A stretch of DNA of 64,000 nucleotides from Gammaproteobacteria bacterium (GCA_965215365.1 CBDCDS010000003.1:1056001-1120000), one strand, 5' to 3'; positions 39,536-51,696 are shown, numbered from the stretch's first letter. Translations and numbers: made by a program. The notes: generated by a model from the letters alone, not told the origin.

Positions 39536-40106
39536 CCCTGGCTATCGAGCCATATTGAAAAGCTGGCAAATTCATAAGGCACTGAATGTCCTGCAGGACG
39601 GCGGTGTTATCGTCTATCCCACCGAGGCGGTGCTGGGTTTGGGATGCGACCCCTGGAATGGGGAAGCAGTGCAGCAGCTGTTACGGCTGAAACAGCGGTC
39701 GGTTGACAAGGGTTTGATCGTAGTTGCCGCCGCTGTGGAGCAGTTGGCAGACCTGGTGGATTTCCTGCAGGTTCCGGCGCCGGACACGATAACCGCGTCC
39801 TGGCCGGGCCCGGTCACCTGGCTGCTGCCGACGTATCCCGACACGCCGGGCTGGCTTAGCGGTCAACATGATACCCTAGCAGTGCGGGTATCGGCACATC
39901 CGCGCGTGCGGCAACTGTGCGAGCGGGTCGGGCCGTTGGTTTCCACCAGCGCCAACCCGTCCCGTTGCCGACCGGCCCGCACCCTAAGACGCGCCAGGGC
40001 GTATTTTGGTCGGCGCGTGGATTATTATCTGCCCGGCGCCGTCGGTGGAGACCCCAGACCCAGCGTCATTCGGGATGCCGTTACCGGTCGCGTGCTGCGC
40101 GGTTGA
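39510..40106 (+). CDS. tsaC: L-threonylcarbamoyladenylate synthase (TsaC/Sua5)
   Basis: YPTEAVLGLGCDP, LKQRSVDKGLI, WPGPVT and STSAN; true start probably slightly downstream. Confidence 0.9.
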   Translation: MRPCRNNCDPGYRAILKSWQIHKALNVLQDGGVIVYPTEAVLGLGCDPWNGEAVQQLLRLKQRSVDKGLIVVAAAVEQLADLVDFLQVPAPDTITASWPGPVTWLLPTYPDTPGWLSGQHDTLAVRVSAHPRVRQLCERVGPLVSTSANPSRCRPARTLRRARAYFGRRVDYYLPGAVGGDPRPSVIRDAVTGRVLRG

Positions 40107-40124
40107 TTTGTCCGGTAAGCCACC

Positions 40125-40290
40125 ATGCAAACAAGAAGACGCTTCATACAACACTCCCTGGCACTGCTGACGACCCTGGGGTCAGTGCGCGGATCTGCGG
40201 CAAGCCCGGACCGAACCTTCTCCGGTCCCCGCATTCCTGTCATCCTCGCTTCCGACATCGGCGATGACATCGACGACACCTGGGCCTTGT
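40125..40290 (+). pseudogene. Truncated Tat-exported nucleoside hydrolase-like fragment
   Basis: TRRRFI twin-arginine signal, then RIPVILASDIGDDIDDTWAL (IU-nucleoside hydrolase DxGxxxDD-like). Similarity stops abruptly afterwards. Confidence 0.6.
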
Positions 40291-40459
40291 TCCCGACTTC
40301 GACGATTTCTTTATCTAAAGAGTCTCACTTGTTTCTGAACCCGGACACAGATACCAGACCGGTCATCGGGGTGCATTCTGGTTTAACGACGGGCCGTAAG
40401 TTTAGGGGCACCCTTTACAATGAGTGTCCCCTGATTATGAGAGAATGGGGACAGCCCGC

Positions 40460-40990
40460 TTATTTCAGAGCCGGTTCAGCTACCAGCTCTTCCAGTGCGT
40501 ACAGCGTCTTTTGTGGGAATCGCTCCAACGGGTAATACTGACAGATGATATCCAGGGCATTTTGGTAATTCGTAATATTCAGGTAGCGTAGCAGGAAACG
40601 CACATCGGCTTCGTCGTGAAATTCTTCACCCAAACGCAGGGCCAGACATTTCATGGCCAGCAGGTATTCGGGGCCTGCAATCATCACCCGCAGATTGGAA
40701 AGTTCAAGGTAATCCTGAAAGTCGTTGCGGCTGCTCAGGTAGCCTTTCACGGCATCGTTAAGCCAGTTTTCATTCAGTCCCAAACTGGCAGCGACACGTT
40801 TTGCTGCTGAACGGACGGCGCCCGCCGGCTTGAAAAAACCATCCAGATCACGAGTTGATGGGCGTGCATTATATGCCAGACACATGACGGCGCCACCCAT
40901 CAGGTACAACTCTCCGGTAATACCGGTATGGGCCAGTTCATCATTCAGACGCTCGAGCAAATGCCGAATCTCATCCTGTTGCAGCGCCAT
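40460..40990 (-). CDS. Nucleotidyltransferase, DUF6036/AbiEii-like (putative toxin)
   Basis: ELYLMGGAVMCLAYNARPSTRDLD, WLNDAVKG, LLAMKC and DEADV. Confidence 0.75.
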   Translation of the reverse strand: MALQQDEIRHLLERLNDELAHTGITGELYLMGGAVMCLAYNARPSTRDLDGFFKPAGAVRSAAKRVAASLGLNENWLNDAVKGYLSSRNDFQDYLELSNLRVMIAGPEYLLAMKCLALRLGEEFHDEADVRFLLRYLNITNYQNALDIICQYYPLERFPQKTLYALEELVAEPALK

Positions 40991-41481
40991 TACATTCGCT
41001 CCCCGACACTGCTGTCAATGAACAGATTGCGCCGCCGAAAAGCAGGCGGTGAATGTGTCAACAAGTACAGCCGCAATCCCTGCAGAGATGAAGCAAACCA
41101 GGGTGTCTCAAGCCGTTCTATATTTTTTACCCACTCGGGGACAGGCACATTTCTTACGGCGGCGGTATATTCAATCATCGCCGCCAGATAGTTTGCTGCA
41201 AAGGGCGCGAGTTGCGCGGTAGGGGGATATTGCAGCGCCCTGGGAAATTCCTGTGGTTCAAGGCGTTTGAAAAAATCATGCAACTCCGCAAGAGTGTGGC
41301 TGCGTAGCGAAGGCTTTTCTGCAAGTTCCATGCAAAGTGTTTGAAAACGCTCCCCGACAGGAGGCAGGAGCCGGCGCAGCACCCATTTCGATACGTCCAT
41401 TCCTGCATCTTGCGCGCACCGCCGGATACGTTCCTTCTGGTGCGCATCGATTCGGATTTGAAGCTGGCTGGTCTTCGGCAT
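40990..41481 (-). CDS. Putative antitoxin with N-terminal ribbon-helix-helix-like region
   Basis: SQLQIRIDAHQKERIRRCAQDAGMDVSKW is RHH-like; C-terminal PPAFRRRNLFI; coupled to the nucleotidyltransferase gene. Confidence 0.65.
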   Translation of the reverse strand: MPKTSQLQIRIDAHQKERIRRCAQDAGMDVSKWVLRRLLPPVGERFQTLCMELAEKPSLRSHTLAELHDFFKRLEPQEFPRALQYPPTAQLAPFAANYLAAMIEYTAAVRNVPVPEWVKNIERLETPWFASSLQGLRLYLLTHSPPAFRRRNLFIDSSVGERM

Positions 41482-41550
41482 AACCGCATCATGTCAGGTA
41501 TCCGACAAACTGTCAATACATTGTCATGACAAACTTTGATATTAACACAA

Positions 41551-41810
41551 GGGCACCTCTCACAAACACGAGGTGACCGTGCAACACAAGGATGTGCTGC
41601 CAGTAACTGCAAGCACATTTTTTCATTTCCGTCTCACAAATCCGCCCGGAGCGGATTTGGACGTCCGCAGGACGCCCGCAGGGGGCGTCCCAAGGATGGG
41701 ACGCATCACAAAATACCAGGGAGGGCATTTTTAGAGGTTCCCATAATTACCTGCAAGGGGAAATGGGGTAGTATTATGGCAACTTCTAAAAATGCCCTCC
41801 GTGGCATTTT
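41551..41810. mobile_element. MITE family B long copy (41551-41742) plus a partial inverted copy (41778-41810)
   Basis: GGGCACCTCT ... GAGGGCATTTTTAGAGGTTCCC; shares AAGGAT.TGCTGCCAGTAAC.GCAAGCAC with 11999-12152. Confidence 0.72.
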
Positions 41811-41878
41811 GCTATGTAAATTTTCAAAATCCACGTAGCAAATAGTGATAAATCCGGGATGACGGATAGGCCTCAGAC

Positions 41879-42499
41879 ATGACAGAACAAAAAGCGACCC
41901 ATGTGCATTGGCATGACGGCGACATCACCCGCGTGGAGCGGAACCGGCTGCTGGGCCAGAAAGGCGCCACGCTCTGGTTTACCGGCCTGTCGGGCAGCGG
42001 CAAAAGCACCATTGCGGTAGCGCTGGAGGCGGCGCTGTATGAGCTTGGCAAACTGAGCTACCGTCTGGATGGGGATAATATCCGTATGGGTATCAACCGG
42101 AACCTGGGTTTTTCCGCACCGGATCGGGCTGAGAATATCCGCCGTATTGGCGAGCTCTCCAAGCTGTTTGTGGACGCCGGCCTGCTGGTGCTATCCGCTT
42201 TTATCAGCCCCTATCGGACTGACCGTGAGCAGGTGCGCGAACTGCATCGGGACGCAGGATTTGACTTTATCGAGATACATGTGGATTGTGCGCTGGAGAC
42301 TGCGGAGCAGCGCGACCCCAAGGGCTTGTACAAGCAGGCCCGGGCCGGAGAGATCAGGAACTTTACCGGGATTGACGACCCTTATGAAGAACCGGAAAAC
42401 CCGGAAATCCATCTGCGTAGCGACCGCATGACGCTGGCGGAGGAGGTGCAGATCATTCTTACCTGCATGCGGGAGAGGGGAATAATTCAGGGCGAGTAG
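41879..42499 (+). CDS. cysC: Adenylyl-sulfate kinase
   Basis: WFTGLSGSGKSTIA, LDGDNIR, RDPKGLYK and FTGIDDPYE. Confidence 0.96.
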   Translation: MTEQKATHVHWHDGDITRVERNRLLGQKGATLWFTGLSGSGKSTIAVALEAALYELGKLSYRLDGDNIRMGINRNLGFSAPDRAENIRRIGELSKLFVDAGLLVLSAFISPYRTDREQVRELHRDAGFDFIEIHVDCALETAEQRDPKGLYKQARAGEIRNFTGIDDPYEEPENPEIHLRSDRMTLAEEVQIILTCMRERGIIQGE

Positions 42500-42522
42500 G
42501 CAGCGTCTGCAGTGCCTGTTTA

Positions 42523-42593
42523 GCCCGCATATCTCACCAAGTGATGCGAAGCTCGCGCCGGTAATAGAGGTGACCTTAAAAATCAGAGGCGCC
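42523..42593. repeat. Inverted end fragment of MITE A next to a minimal MITE B hairpin
   Basis: GCCCGCATATCTCACCAAGTGATGCGAAG..., then GGTGACCTTAAAAATCAGAGGCGCC. Confidence 0.7.
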
Positions 42594-42594
42594 T

Positions 42595-43083
42595 TCAAGC
42601 CGTTCTTTCCAGCACCCGGTAACTGCTGGCATAGTCATTGTGCGCGTCAGCCTGACAGTCCTGGCGTTCAACCTCGTTCCAGGCGCTCTCGTCGAACGGT
42701 GGGAACCATACATCCCCCGCAACGGTGGCAGCTACCCGGGTTAAGTAGATGCGATGGCTAAGGGGCAGAAACAACTCGTACAGCGTGGCGCCGCCCATGA
42801 CCATAATCTCCGCAAAGCCGGCGCCGGCCGCCAGCGCGCCTTCCAGGTCGTGGCAGACGACACAACCCTCAGCCACGTAACCCGCTTGCCGGGTGAGGAC
42901 AATGTTGCGGCGTCCGGGCAGCGCGCGGCCGATGGATTCATGCGTCTTGCGCCCCATGATCAAGGGTTTGCCCATGGTGACGGCCTTGAAGCGCTTGAGG
43001 TCAGCCGACAAGCGCCAGGGTAACGCACCCCCGCTGCCGATGACACCCTGACAGTCCATGGCGACTATAAGGGAGATGATCAT
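42595..43083 (-). CDS. folA: Dihydrofolate reductase
   Basis: LPWRLSADLKRFK, IMGRKTHESIGRALPGRRN and MGGA. Confidence 0.95.
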   Translation of the reverse strand: MIISLIVAMDCQGVIGSGGALPWRLSADLKRFKAVTMGKPLIMGRKTHESIGRALPGRRNIVLTRQAGYVAEGCVVCHDLEGALAAGAGFAEIMVMGGATLYELFLPLSHRIYLTRVAATVAGDVWFPPFDESAWNEVERQDCQADAHNDYASSYRVLERTA

Positions 43084-43325
43084 CGCATGTACCGGGCTGG
43101 AGAATCCGGTTCTTCTTGTGCCTTAGGACCCATGATAATCGCGACAAGTACCATTATTGGGGGGATAGATATCCACAACAGTACTATTATTACGGCACAC
43201 AGAGCATCGTTTTTTACCCATTGGAACATCCGGGCGACACCTGCGCAGAAGCGTTTCAGTGCCCAGATTGCTACATACATAACTCCTGCTAACAGAATTA
43301 TGCTGAAGATTTGGTCGAGTGTCAT
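43080..43325 (-). CDS. Small hypothetical membrane protein
   Basis: 81 aa with two hydrophobic segments; fills the thyA-folA gap and overlaps the folA start. Confidence 0.6.
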   Translation of the reverse strand: MTLDQIFSIILLAGVMYVAIWALKRFCAGVARMFQWVKNDALCAVIIVLLWISIPPIMVLVAIIMGPKAQEEPDSPARYMR

Positions 43326-43346
43326 TATTTTCGACGGTTTGTCTGG

Positions 43347-44137
<791 letters not shown>

Positions 44138-44141
<4 letters not shown>

Positions 44142-44932
44142 GTCTTCCTGCGGCGGGCAAAAACCAGCAATGCCATACCGGCCAGAATCATCGGCAGGCA
44201 CAATACCTGCCCCATGGTCAGCCACTCTAAGCCCCAATCATAGCCGATATAGCCCAGCTGAGCATCCGGTTCGCGCACGAATTCCACCGCAAAACGGAAC
44301 AGGCCATAGCCTGACAGGAACAGCCCGGACACAGCCATCAACGGGCGCGGGCGGGCGGAGAACCACCACAAGATGACGAACAGGCACAGCCCTTCCAGCA
44401 ACGCTTCATAGATCTGTGACGGGTGGCGCGGCAGCGGGCCGGCGCCGGGAAAGATCATCGCCCAGGGCACCTCGGTGGGTTTTCCCCACAGTTCCGCATT
44501 GATGAAATTACCCAGGCGACCGGTAAACAGCCCGACCGGGACTGCCGGCGCTAAGAAATCGGTCACCTCAAAAAAGGTTTTGTGGGTCTTGCGCCCGCAC
44601 CACCAGCACGCGACCAGCACGCCGCTGAGGCCGCCGTGAAAAGACATGCCGCCCTGCCAGACCTTGAGCACATCCAACGGGTTCTCTAGGTAATAGGGCA
44701 GGTTGTAAAACAGCGCCGAGCCCAGACGTCCGCCGATAATCACCCCCAGGACACCGTAGAACATGAGGTCTGCGACCTGTTCTACAGTCCAGCCGCAACG
44801 CCCCGACTTTGCCCGGTAACGTAACAGCGCCCAGGCCCCCAAGATGCCGGCGATGTAGCTGAGCCCATACCAGCGCACCTGCAGGAATCCCAGGTCTATG
44901 GCTACGGGATCAATATTCGGGAAGGTCAGCAT
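44138..44932 (-). CDS. lgt: Prolipoprotein diacylglyceryl transferase
   Basis: [24 protein letters not shown] and HPSQIYE. Confidence 0.96.
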
Positions 44933-45019
44933 CCGGGTCGTTCGGAGATGGTGTCCATACTGCTATCATAGCAGTATCACGAAGCATTTGTTGCCTTACT
45001 TCCAAAGGGAGGAAGCTGT

Positions 45020-46054
45020 ATGAAAGCGTTGTTGTATGAACAACATGGCGGGCCGGAGGTGCTGCAGTACCGCGACATGCCGGACCCCGAACCAGGCCCC
45101 GGAGATGTCGTGCTCAAGGTCGCGCTGACGACCATCAACCGGCTGGATGTGGTGCAGCGTAACGGCTGGTTCACCGTGCCGGGCTTCACCCTGCCGCATA
45201 TTGCCGGGATGGATGTCGCCGGCACCGTGCTGGCAACCGGCGCCCGGGTCACCCGGGTAAAATCTGGCGACCGGGTACTGGTCAACCCCTCCATGGCCGA
45301 GGCTCCGGCGGGCTCGAAGCTGGCCGGAATGGACGCTCGCGACGGTGAGCCGGGCGTTATAGGCAGCACCTTCCCCGGTGGCTATGCGCAGCTGTGTCTG
45401 GCACCGGAGACGCACCTGTACGCCATCCCCGACACCATGCCGTGGGCGCGCGCCGTGGTGTTCCCCACCTGCTGGATGACCGCGCATCATGCCCTGTTCG
45501 AAGTGGGGCAACTCAAGGCCGGTGAGACCTTGCTGCTGCATGCCGCCGGCAGCGGCGTCTCCATCGCCGGCATCCAATGGGCGAAACAGGCAGGGGCGAC
45601 GGTGCTGGCCACTGCCGGCAGTGCAGAGAAATGCACGCGCGCGCTGGAACTCGGCGCCGCTCACACCTGTAATAACCGTACCACAGATGTGGCGGCCTGG
45701 GCGCGGGAGCTGACCGACGGCGCCGGCGTCGATCTGGTTTTCGATCATGTGGGCGAGGCCCTGTGGGAAGCCTCGTTACTGGCGCTCAGACCGCGCGGAC
45801 GCCTGGTCACCTGTGGCGCCACCTCCGGCGATACGGTACGCATCCCCAGCCTGGGCCGCCTGTACGGCATGGGCCTGCAGATTCTTGGCTCAGACACCTT
45901 CCGCTACCAGGAATTTGGCGAAGTCTGGGCGCGCTACTGCGCCGGCAACTTCCGCGCGGTAGTGGATAGCGTCTACCCCCTGGCCGCCGGCGCACAGGCC
46001 CAGGAAAAACTCCTCAGCAACGATTTTTTCGGGAAGATACTGTTAGAGCCGTGA
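45020..46054 (+). CDS. MDR-family NAD(P)H quinone oxidoreductase / alcohol dehydrogenase-like
   Basis: GGPEVLQY, HIAGMDVAG, AAGSGV and GKILL. Confidence 0.85.
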   Translation: MKALLYEQHGGPEVLQYRDMPDPEPGPGDVVLKVALTTINRLDVVQRNGWFTVPGFTLPHIAGMDVAGTVLATGARVTRVKSGDRVLVNPSMAEAPAGSKLAGMDARDGEPGVIGSTFPGGYAQLCLAPETHLYAIPDTMPWARAVVFPTCWMTAHHALFEVGQLKAGETLLLHAAGSGVSIAGIQWAKQAGATVLATAGSAEKCTRALELGAAHTCNNRTTDVAAWARELTDGAGVDLVFDHVGEALWEASLLALRPRGRLVTCGATSGDTVRIPSLGRLYGMGLQILGSDTFRYQEFGEVWARYCAGNFRAVVDSVYPLAAGAQAQEKLLSNDFFGKILLEP

Positions 46055-46066
46055 GACCGACCCGCA

Positions 46067-48373
46067 TCAGTCCCAACTATACCTTACCGAGCCGATGAGC
46101 TCGCGCGGCGGGATGTATTCGCGGCTGGTAGTCCACAGGCCGTAGGGGTTGGTGAAGACGTTATTGACACCGCTCTTGTCGAAGACATTGGTGATGCTCA
46201 GGCTGAGGTTGAGCGGCGCTTTGCCTGCGTCATAGTCAAGGTGCAAGTTGAGCAACTCATAGCTCGGCACTGTATCCACTCGGGGATGGTTGAACACGCG
46301 GGCCTGGAAGTTGCCCCGGTGGAGGTACTCCACCCGCGTGTACAGCACGGCGCCGTTGCCAAAGTTGTGGGTATGGGTCAGCGCCACGCGTGCCATGAGG
46401 TCCACCAGTTTCGGCGGTTCGTTGCCTTTCAGGTTGTTGGCGTTGCGCATGCGGATGCGCTCTTCCACCGCGCCTTCGGTGAACAGGCCTAGTACGAACA
46501 GGCGGGTCGCGGCGCGAAAATCCTCCACATCCAGCGCCAACATGTCCGACTTTATCCTGCCGTCCTGCCAGGCCAGCATGGCGTCGAGTTGCCAGCCGTC
46601 GGCCGGCAGCCAGCTCAGTTCGGACTCGATGCCATATTCCTCGGTCTCGGGGATAGTCCAGGTGCCGCCGGCGAATGGCTCCGGGTCCTCGTAGGTGAAC
46701 TGCAGGTGTTCGTGGTCGTAGTAGAAGGCCGTGACGTTCAGACGCAGACGCCCGTTCAGGAAGGTGTTGCGCGCCCCCAGCTCATAAGCCGTGACTTGCT
46801 CAGGCTCGAACCGGTCGGGTTTGAACAGGCCAGGACTGCCGGCGCCGCCGTTTTTCCAGCCGGTGGATACCAGGCCGTAGAGCAGGTTGTCCTCGGTGAG
46901 ATGCACATCCAGTCCCGCCTTCCAGGTCACTTTCGAGGCGTTCGTTGCCCGGCGACCATCTCCGAAAACGCCGAAGAACTGAGAGGTCTCGTCAAGCTGG
47001 TCCTCGTCCTGGTAGCGCACCCCTGCGGTGATGGCAAACATATCGTTGAGCCGCAAGGTGGCCTGCCCGTAGGCGGCGTAATCCTTGCGGGTGACGGTGC
47101 GAACTTCGGTAAAATTCAAATCGGACTGGAACGGCGGCAGGGTTTGCGCGTTCAGTTGCGCGCGCGGCAGGGAAGCCGGCGAGGCCGAAAACGGCGCTGC
47201 TCCCGTGGCCTCCAGGAAGTCATTGAAGTTCTTATGATGCAGGTAGTAGCCGCCGATGACCCAGTCCAGCTGCTCACCCCGGTAGCTGAGGTTGAGCTCC
47301 TGGCTGACGGCGTCGGAGGTGTTGTCCCAGAACGGCAAAACATCCCAGTTGTTGACTGAGAAACCAGAATTGATCAGCGCAGTGTGCTCTTCATTCAGGC
47401 GGTCGCCATCGACTGACTGCGCCTTGCTGAGCGCCTGCCAGCCGGTCAGTGACTTGACCGTTACGCCCGTGGAGGTTGCCCATTCCACGCTCAGCGCGGC
47501 GCTGTAGTTTTCCAGCGCGAAGATGCCGGGGTAATCCTGGGACAACCGGCGCGGGTCAGGGTTGGGGTCATGCTCGCTCTTCTGCGCCGCCGCGCCGTGG
47601 TCAGCGTCATGTACGAACACCTGGGCGCGGGCCGAGAAATCAGCCGCTGGTTGCCAGAGTAGCGCCACCTTGCCGGTGAAGGAATCGGCGTCATCCAGGT
47701 CATAGCCATGCAGTTCGCCACCGGCTATGTGCGCAAAACCATCCCGCTTGTATTGCTGTGCCGAGACCCGCAAGGCCCAGGTATCGGACAGCGGCACGTT
47801 CATAGAAGCGCGCCCCCGAATATGATCATAAGTGCCGTAGCTCAGTTCCACAGAACCGTCCACCTGCTCGAAATGGGGTTTTCTGGTAACGATGTTGATG
47901 GAACCGCCGGTAGTGCCCTGACCGAACTCTGTGCCCTGTGGGCCGCGCAACACCTCGACTCGCTCAATATCACCCAGGTCCAGGCCCAGGGACAGCGGGT
48001 TGGCAAGGTAGATGCCGTCGATATAGGTCAACACGCTGGGTTGGGTGACAAGGTTCTGCGCCGTCTCCCAGCCGACGCCGCGCAGGGTGACGACGCGGCC
48101 GGCGCCGTCATTTTTGGCAACGACAAGACCGGGCACATAGCCGTTGAAGTTATCCAGCCTTGCCACGTTGGACCTGTCAAAGTCTGCGCCGGACAGCACG
48201 GATACCGCAATGGGCGCGTCCTGCAGCGAGACCTCGCGTTTGCGGGCACTGACTGTAATCTCCTCCAGGGCTGTCTGCGCCAAAGCCGGGGCCAGCAGGA
48301 TTAAAGCGACAGCCTCTGCCATGACAATTTTGAGCAACTGAGTGGTGAATTTATCGAACCTGATCATTTCCAA
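46067..48373 (-). CDS. TonB-dependent receptor
   Basis: [12 protein letters not shown] TonB box/plug, [12 protein letters not shown] and aromatic C-terminal strand. Confidence 0.9.
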   Translation of the reverse strand: MEMIRFDKFTTQLLKIVMAEAVALILLAPALAQTALEEITVSARKREVSLQDAPIAVSVLSGADFDRSNVARLDNFNGYVPGLVVAKNDGAGRVVTLRGVGWETAQNLVTQPSVLTYIDGIYLANPLSLGLDLGDIERVEVLRGPQGTEFGQGTTGGSINIVTRKPHFEQVDGSVELSYGTYDHIRGRASMNVPLSDTWALRVSAQQYKRDGFAHIAGGELHGYDLDDADSFTGKVALLWQPAADFSARAQVFVHDADHGAAAQKSEHDPNPDPRRLSQDYPGIFALENYSAALSVEWATSTGVTVKSLTGWQALSKAQSVDGDRLNEEHTALINSGFSVNNWDVLPFWDNTSDAVSQELNLSYRGEQLDWVIGGYYLHHKNFNDFLEATGAAPFSASPASLPRAQLNAQTLPPFQSDLNFTEVRTVTRKDYAAYGQATLRLNDMFAITAGVRYQDEDQLDETSQFFGVFGDGRRATNASKVTWKAGLDVHLTEDNLLYGLVSTGWKNGGAGSPGLFKPDRFEPEQVTAYELGARNTFLNGRLRLNVTAFYYDHEHLQFTYEDPEPFAGGTWTIPETEEYGIESELSWLPADGWQLDAMLAWQDGRIKSDMLALDVEDFRAATRLFVLGLFTEGAVEERIRMRNANNLKGNEPPKLVDLMARVALTHTHNFGNGAVLYTRVEYLHRGNFQARVFNHPRVDTVPSYELLNLHLDYDAGKAPLNLSLSITNVFDKSGVNNVFTNPYGLWTTSREYIPPRELIGSVRYSWD

Positions 48374-48428
48374 ACGCTGTCGCCGTGGTGAATTTTCGGG
48401 GTTTTACAAAGCTCAAAGAGGTTGCAGC

Positions 48429-48505
48429 TGGCGCGCCTGACAGGATTCGAACCTGTGACTTCTGCCTTCGGAGGGCAGCACTCTATCCAACTGAGCTACA
48501 GGCGC
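48429..48505 (-). tRNA. tRNA-Arg(CCG)
   Basis: Reverse complement is GCGCCTGTAGCTCAGTTGGATAGAGTGCTGCCCTCCGAAGGCAGAAGTCACAGGTTCGAATCCTGTCAGGCGCGCCA, with anticodon CCG and a CCA end. Confidence 0.96.
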
Positions 48506-48546
48506 TGGTGCTGGATACTGCCGCCATTATAACGGATAATGCTCCC

Positions 48547-50610
48547 ATGAGCGATCAATCCTTTCCACCCAACGAGCTGGCGGACGAAACCAGCCCGTAC
48601 CTGCTGCAACACGCGCACAACCCGGTTGCATGGTATCCCTGGAGTGAAGCAACTCTGGCGCGCGCTAAGGAGGAGGGGAAACCTATTCTGTTGTCCATCG
48701 GTTATTCAGCCTGCCACTGGTGCCACGTGATGGCGCATGAGTCGTTCGAGGACGAGGAGACTGCGGAGTTGATGAACCGCGAGTTCATCAATATCAAGGT
48801 GGACCGGGAGGAGCGCCCGGATATCGATAAAATCTACCAGACCGCGCAACAACTGCTGACCGGACGCACCGGCGGCTGGCCGTTGACCATGTTCCTGATG
48901 CCGGAAGATCAGACACCGTTCTTCGGCGGCACCTACTTTCCGCCGCAACCGCGCCACGGTCTGCCGGGCTTCAAGTCGCTGCTGACCCGGGTGGCTCAGG
49001 TCTGGCAGGAAGACCGGCCGGCCCTGGTCGAGCAAAACGGCGCGTTCCTGCAAGCCCTGGCGCAGACGCAGGAGCCGGCAGCGTCAGGCCCGGAGCCGGT
49101 TTTGGACCGCGGCCCGGTGAGTCGTTGCGTCGAGTTGCTGGCGCGCACCTTCGATGCGCGTGAAGGCGGCTTCGGCGGCGCACCCAAGTTTCCTCATCCG
49201 GTCAACATCGAGCTGTTGCTCAGCCATCACGCGCTGAGCGGTGACGCCAGCGCCCGGGACATGGCGCTGCTGACGCTGGAGAAGATGGCCCGGGGCGGCA
49301 TTTACGATCAGATCGGTGGTGGCTTCTGCCGCTATTCCGTCGATACCCTCTGGCGTATCCCGCATTTTGAGAAAATGCTGTATGACAACGGGCCGCTGCT
49401 GGGGCTGTACGCCCAGGCCTGGCGCAGCAGTGGGCGCGAGTTCTTCCGCCGGACGGCCACGGCTACCGCGCATTGGGTGATGCGCGAGATGCAGGCTCGG
49501 GACGGCGGCTACTACTCTTCCCTGGATGCGGATTCGGAAGGTGAGGAGGGGAAATTCTACACCTGGAAACCGGGGGAGGCGCAGCGCCTGCTGAGCGAAG
49601 CCGAATTCAATGACTTCGTACAGTATTCCGGACTGGACCGCCCCGATAACTTCGAGGGTCGCTGGCATCTGTATGTGGCACAAACTGCGGAGGCGATCGC
49701 AGCTCAATCAGGGCGCAACCCGGATGAGGTCACACAAAACCTGGAGCGCGCCAGGAAAAAGCTGTTCCGGGAACGGGAACGACGGGTACGGCCCGGCTGC
49801 GATGACAAGGTGCTGACGTCCTGGAACGCCCTGATGCTGAAAGGCATGAGCAGCGCCGCGCGGCATCTGCAGGAGCCCGACTGTTACCAGTCCGCATTAC
49901 GCTGCCTTGACTTCATCCATGCCAACCTCTGGGATGGGAAGCGTCTGGCGGCTACGTACAAGGACGGCAGGGCGCGCCTGAACGCCTACCTGGATGATTA
50001 CGCCTTTCTCATCGACGCCATCATCCATTTGCTCGCCTGCAAGTGGTCGAGCCGCTGGCTGGAGTTTGCCATGCAGCTGGCCGACACCTTGTTGGAGCAG
50101 TTTTTCGATGACGGGCAAGGTGGTTTCTTTTTTACTTCGCACGACCACGAAACCCTGTTGCAACGGCGCAAGGACTTCAGCGATGACTCACTGCCTGCCG
50201 GCAATGGCGTGGCGGCGCTGTCCTTGTTGTTGCTGGGACACCTGACGGGACGTCAGGATTACCTTGATGCCGCCGCCCAAACCCTGAGATGCGCCTGGGG
50301 CTTGCTGCAACGCTCCCCGCACGCCGGCGCCGCCATGTTGACGGCGTTAATGGAGTACAACAACCCCCGGCAGGTAATCATCCTGCGCGGCGAGGAACAG
50401 ACTCTCACTGCATGGCAACAACAGCTGGAACCGCGGCTGGGTCTGCACTCCCTGCTGTTCGCCATCCCGTCCGCGGCAACCAACCTGCCGGACCTGATCA
50501 AGGAGAAGCAGACCGATCAGGCGGGCACGGCCTTCATCTGCACCGGCTTTACCTGCCTGGCGCCGATTTCCGACTTGGAGGAGTTACAAGGAGTGTTGCG
50601 CGCTTCATAA
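48547..50610 (+). CDS. Thioredoxin-domain protein YyaL/DUF255 family
   Basis: [36 protein letters not shown] and DADSEGEEG; start moved to MSDQ, after the tRNA. Confidence 0.9.
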   Translation: MSDQSFPPNELADETSPYLLQHAHNPVAWYPWSEATLARAKEEGKPILLSIGYSACHWCHVMAHESFEDEETAELMNREFINIKVDREERPDIDKIYQTAQQLLTGRTGGWPLTMFLMPEDQTPFFGGTYFPPQPRHGLPGFKSLLTRVAQVWQEDRPALVEQNGAFLQALAQTQEPAASGPEPVLDRGPVSRCVELLARTFDAREGGFGGAPKFPHPVNIELLLSHHALSGDASARDMALLTLEKMARGGIYDQIGGGFCRYSVDTLWRIPHFEKMLYDNGPLLGLYAQAWRSSGREFFRRTATATAHWVMREMQARDGGYYSSLDADSEGEEGKFYTWKPGEAQRLLSEAEFNDFVQYSGLDRPDNFEGRWHLYVAQTAEAIAAQSGRNPDEVTQNLERARKKLFRERERRVRPGCDDKVLTSWNALMLKGMSSAARHLQEPDCYQSALRCLDFIHANLWDGKRLAATYKDGRARLNAYLDDYAFLIDAIIHLLACKWSSRWLEFAMQLADTLLEQFFDDGQGGFFFTSHDHETLLQRRKDFSDDSLPAGNGVAALSLLLLGHLTGRQDYLDAAAQTLRCAWGLLQRSPHAGAAMLTALMEYNNPRQVIILRGEEQTLTAWQQQLEPRLGLHSLLFAIPSAATNLPDLIKEKQTDQAGTAFICTGFTCLAPISDLEELQGVLRAS

Positions 50611-50624
50611 TGCGATTCCTGCCC

Positions 50625-50678
50625 CCTCCGTCATTCCCGCTTGCGCGGGAATGACGGAGGACGGGGCGCGGGAATGAC
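50625..50678. repeat. GTCATTCCCGC-type REP hairpin between convergent genes (possible terminator)
   Basis: CCTCCGTCATTCCCGC-TTGC-GCGGGAATGACGGAGG is a perfect 16-bp stem; a degenerate relative lies near 54056. Confidence 0.7.
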
Positions 50679-50696
50679 AGAAGTATTTGCCTTACC

Positions 50697-51560
50697 TTAC
50701 CCCTGATAAATATGCCCGGTCAGGGAGATGCGCGCAGCCAGACTCTCGACCGCCATCACCAGCGAATGCGTCAGCGCGGAGTTCTCGGAATAATCCGCCG
50801 GCGCCAGGTTCGATACCCGGCCATCCTCGATAAACCCCCAGGCGCGGCTGCGTTTTTCCCGGTCGTCCGGGTCACCCAGCACACCGAATGCGAATCCCTC
50901 ACCCTGCTTTACCAATGAGAAGCAGGGGATGTCCGTGTAACCATCCCCCACCATGATCATGTGTTTGATGGGTACCCGGATGCGCGCCGGGTCCACCTTG
51001 CGGTTTACCTCAAAGGGTTTGCCCACGTATTCAGCGCCAAAAATCCCTTTCTGCACGTGAAAGATATAGCGGGTCTTGTCGGTAAAACTGACAATTTTGC
51101 GCGGGAACCTGACACGCCCCTGCTCGTCGTAGGCAAAGTCCGAGGCCCAGATTTCCTTGAATTCATGGGCGATGGACGTATTTCTCAGCACTTCCCCGAT
51201 ACCGGAACTGATGAGATAAAACTCCAGCGTGACGCGCGGGTTGGCCTGGAATGCAGCCTCTCGCAGCCGGGTAAAGATGGTTTCTACTCCCCGGTACAAC
51301 GGCAGTTCCGCGCCCCAGCGCGCCAGACTGTCCCGGGTAATGGGGTCAATGGCGCCGCTGGCGGACTTTTCAATCATCTGGTACAGATAAGCCGGCACCG
51401 GGTCCCATTCCTCCGTTGCGGTGCGGGTTTCCATCATGGGGCGCACTTCTTCGGTCCAGAAATGGCGCACATCCAGGCCGCAACGCGCCAGATAGCCGGA
51501 GGTGCTGTCCGGCGCCAGGGTATCGTCAAAATCGAAGAGGATGGCGATGACTTCGTGCAT
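50697..51560 (-). CDS. HAD-superfamily hydrolase
   Basis: FDFDDTL motif I, ISSG and VGDGYTDIP motif IV. Confidence 0.85.
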   Translation of the reverse strand: MHEVIAILFDFDDTLAPDSTSGYLARCGLDVRHFWTEEVRPMMETRTATEEWDPVPAYLYQMIEKSASGAIDPITRDSLARWGAELPLYRGVETIFTRLREAAFQANPRVTLEFYLISSGIGEVLRNTSIAHEFKEIWASDFAYDEQGRVRFPRKIVSFTDKTRYIFHVQKGIFGAEYVGKPFEVNRKVDPARIRVPIKHMIMVGDGYTDIPCFSLVKQGEGFAFGVLGDPDDREKRSRAWGFIEDGRVSNLAPADYSENSALTHSLVMAVESLAARISLTGHIYQG

Positions 51561-51696
51561 GCAACGTAGTGTATCAAAATCTTTGCGATCAATTCCGTCC
51601 AGAGCCTGCCCCGGCATGGAGTTGAGTCGGGGGAGGGCCGCAATGAGTGACGAGCAGGGGGTGAGTAGTTACCATTTGTCAATTATACTGCCACTC

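Noticed and set aside
40290-40459. Short hairpins downstream of the nucleotidyltransferase gene as a possible ncRNA
   Set aside because: No recognisable RNA family motif; stems are short.
45020-48505. tRNA-Arg as the integration site of an island
   Set aside because: No integrase and no duplicated tRNA 3' end seen.
48385-48546. N-terminal extension of the 741-aa ORF
   Set aside because: Overlaps tRNA-Arg on the opposite strand; the real start is likely 48547.
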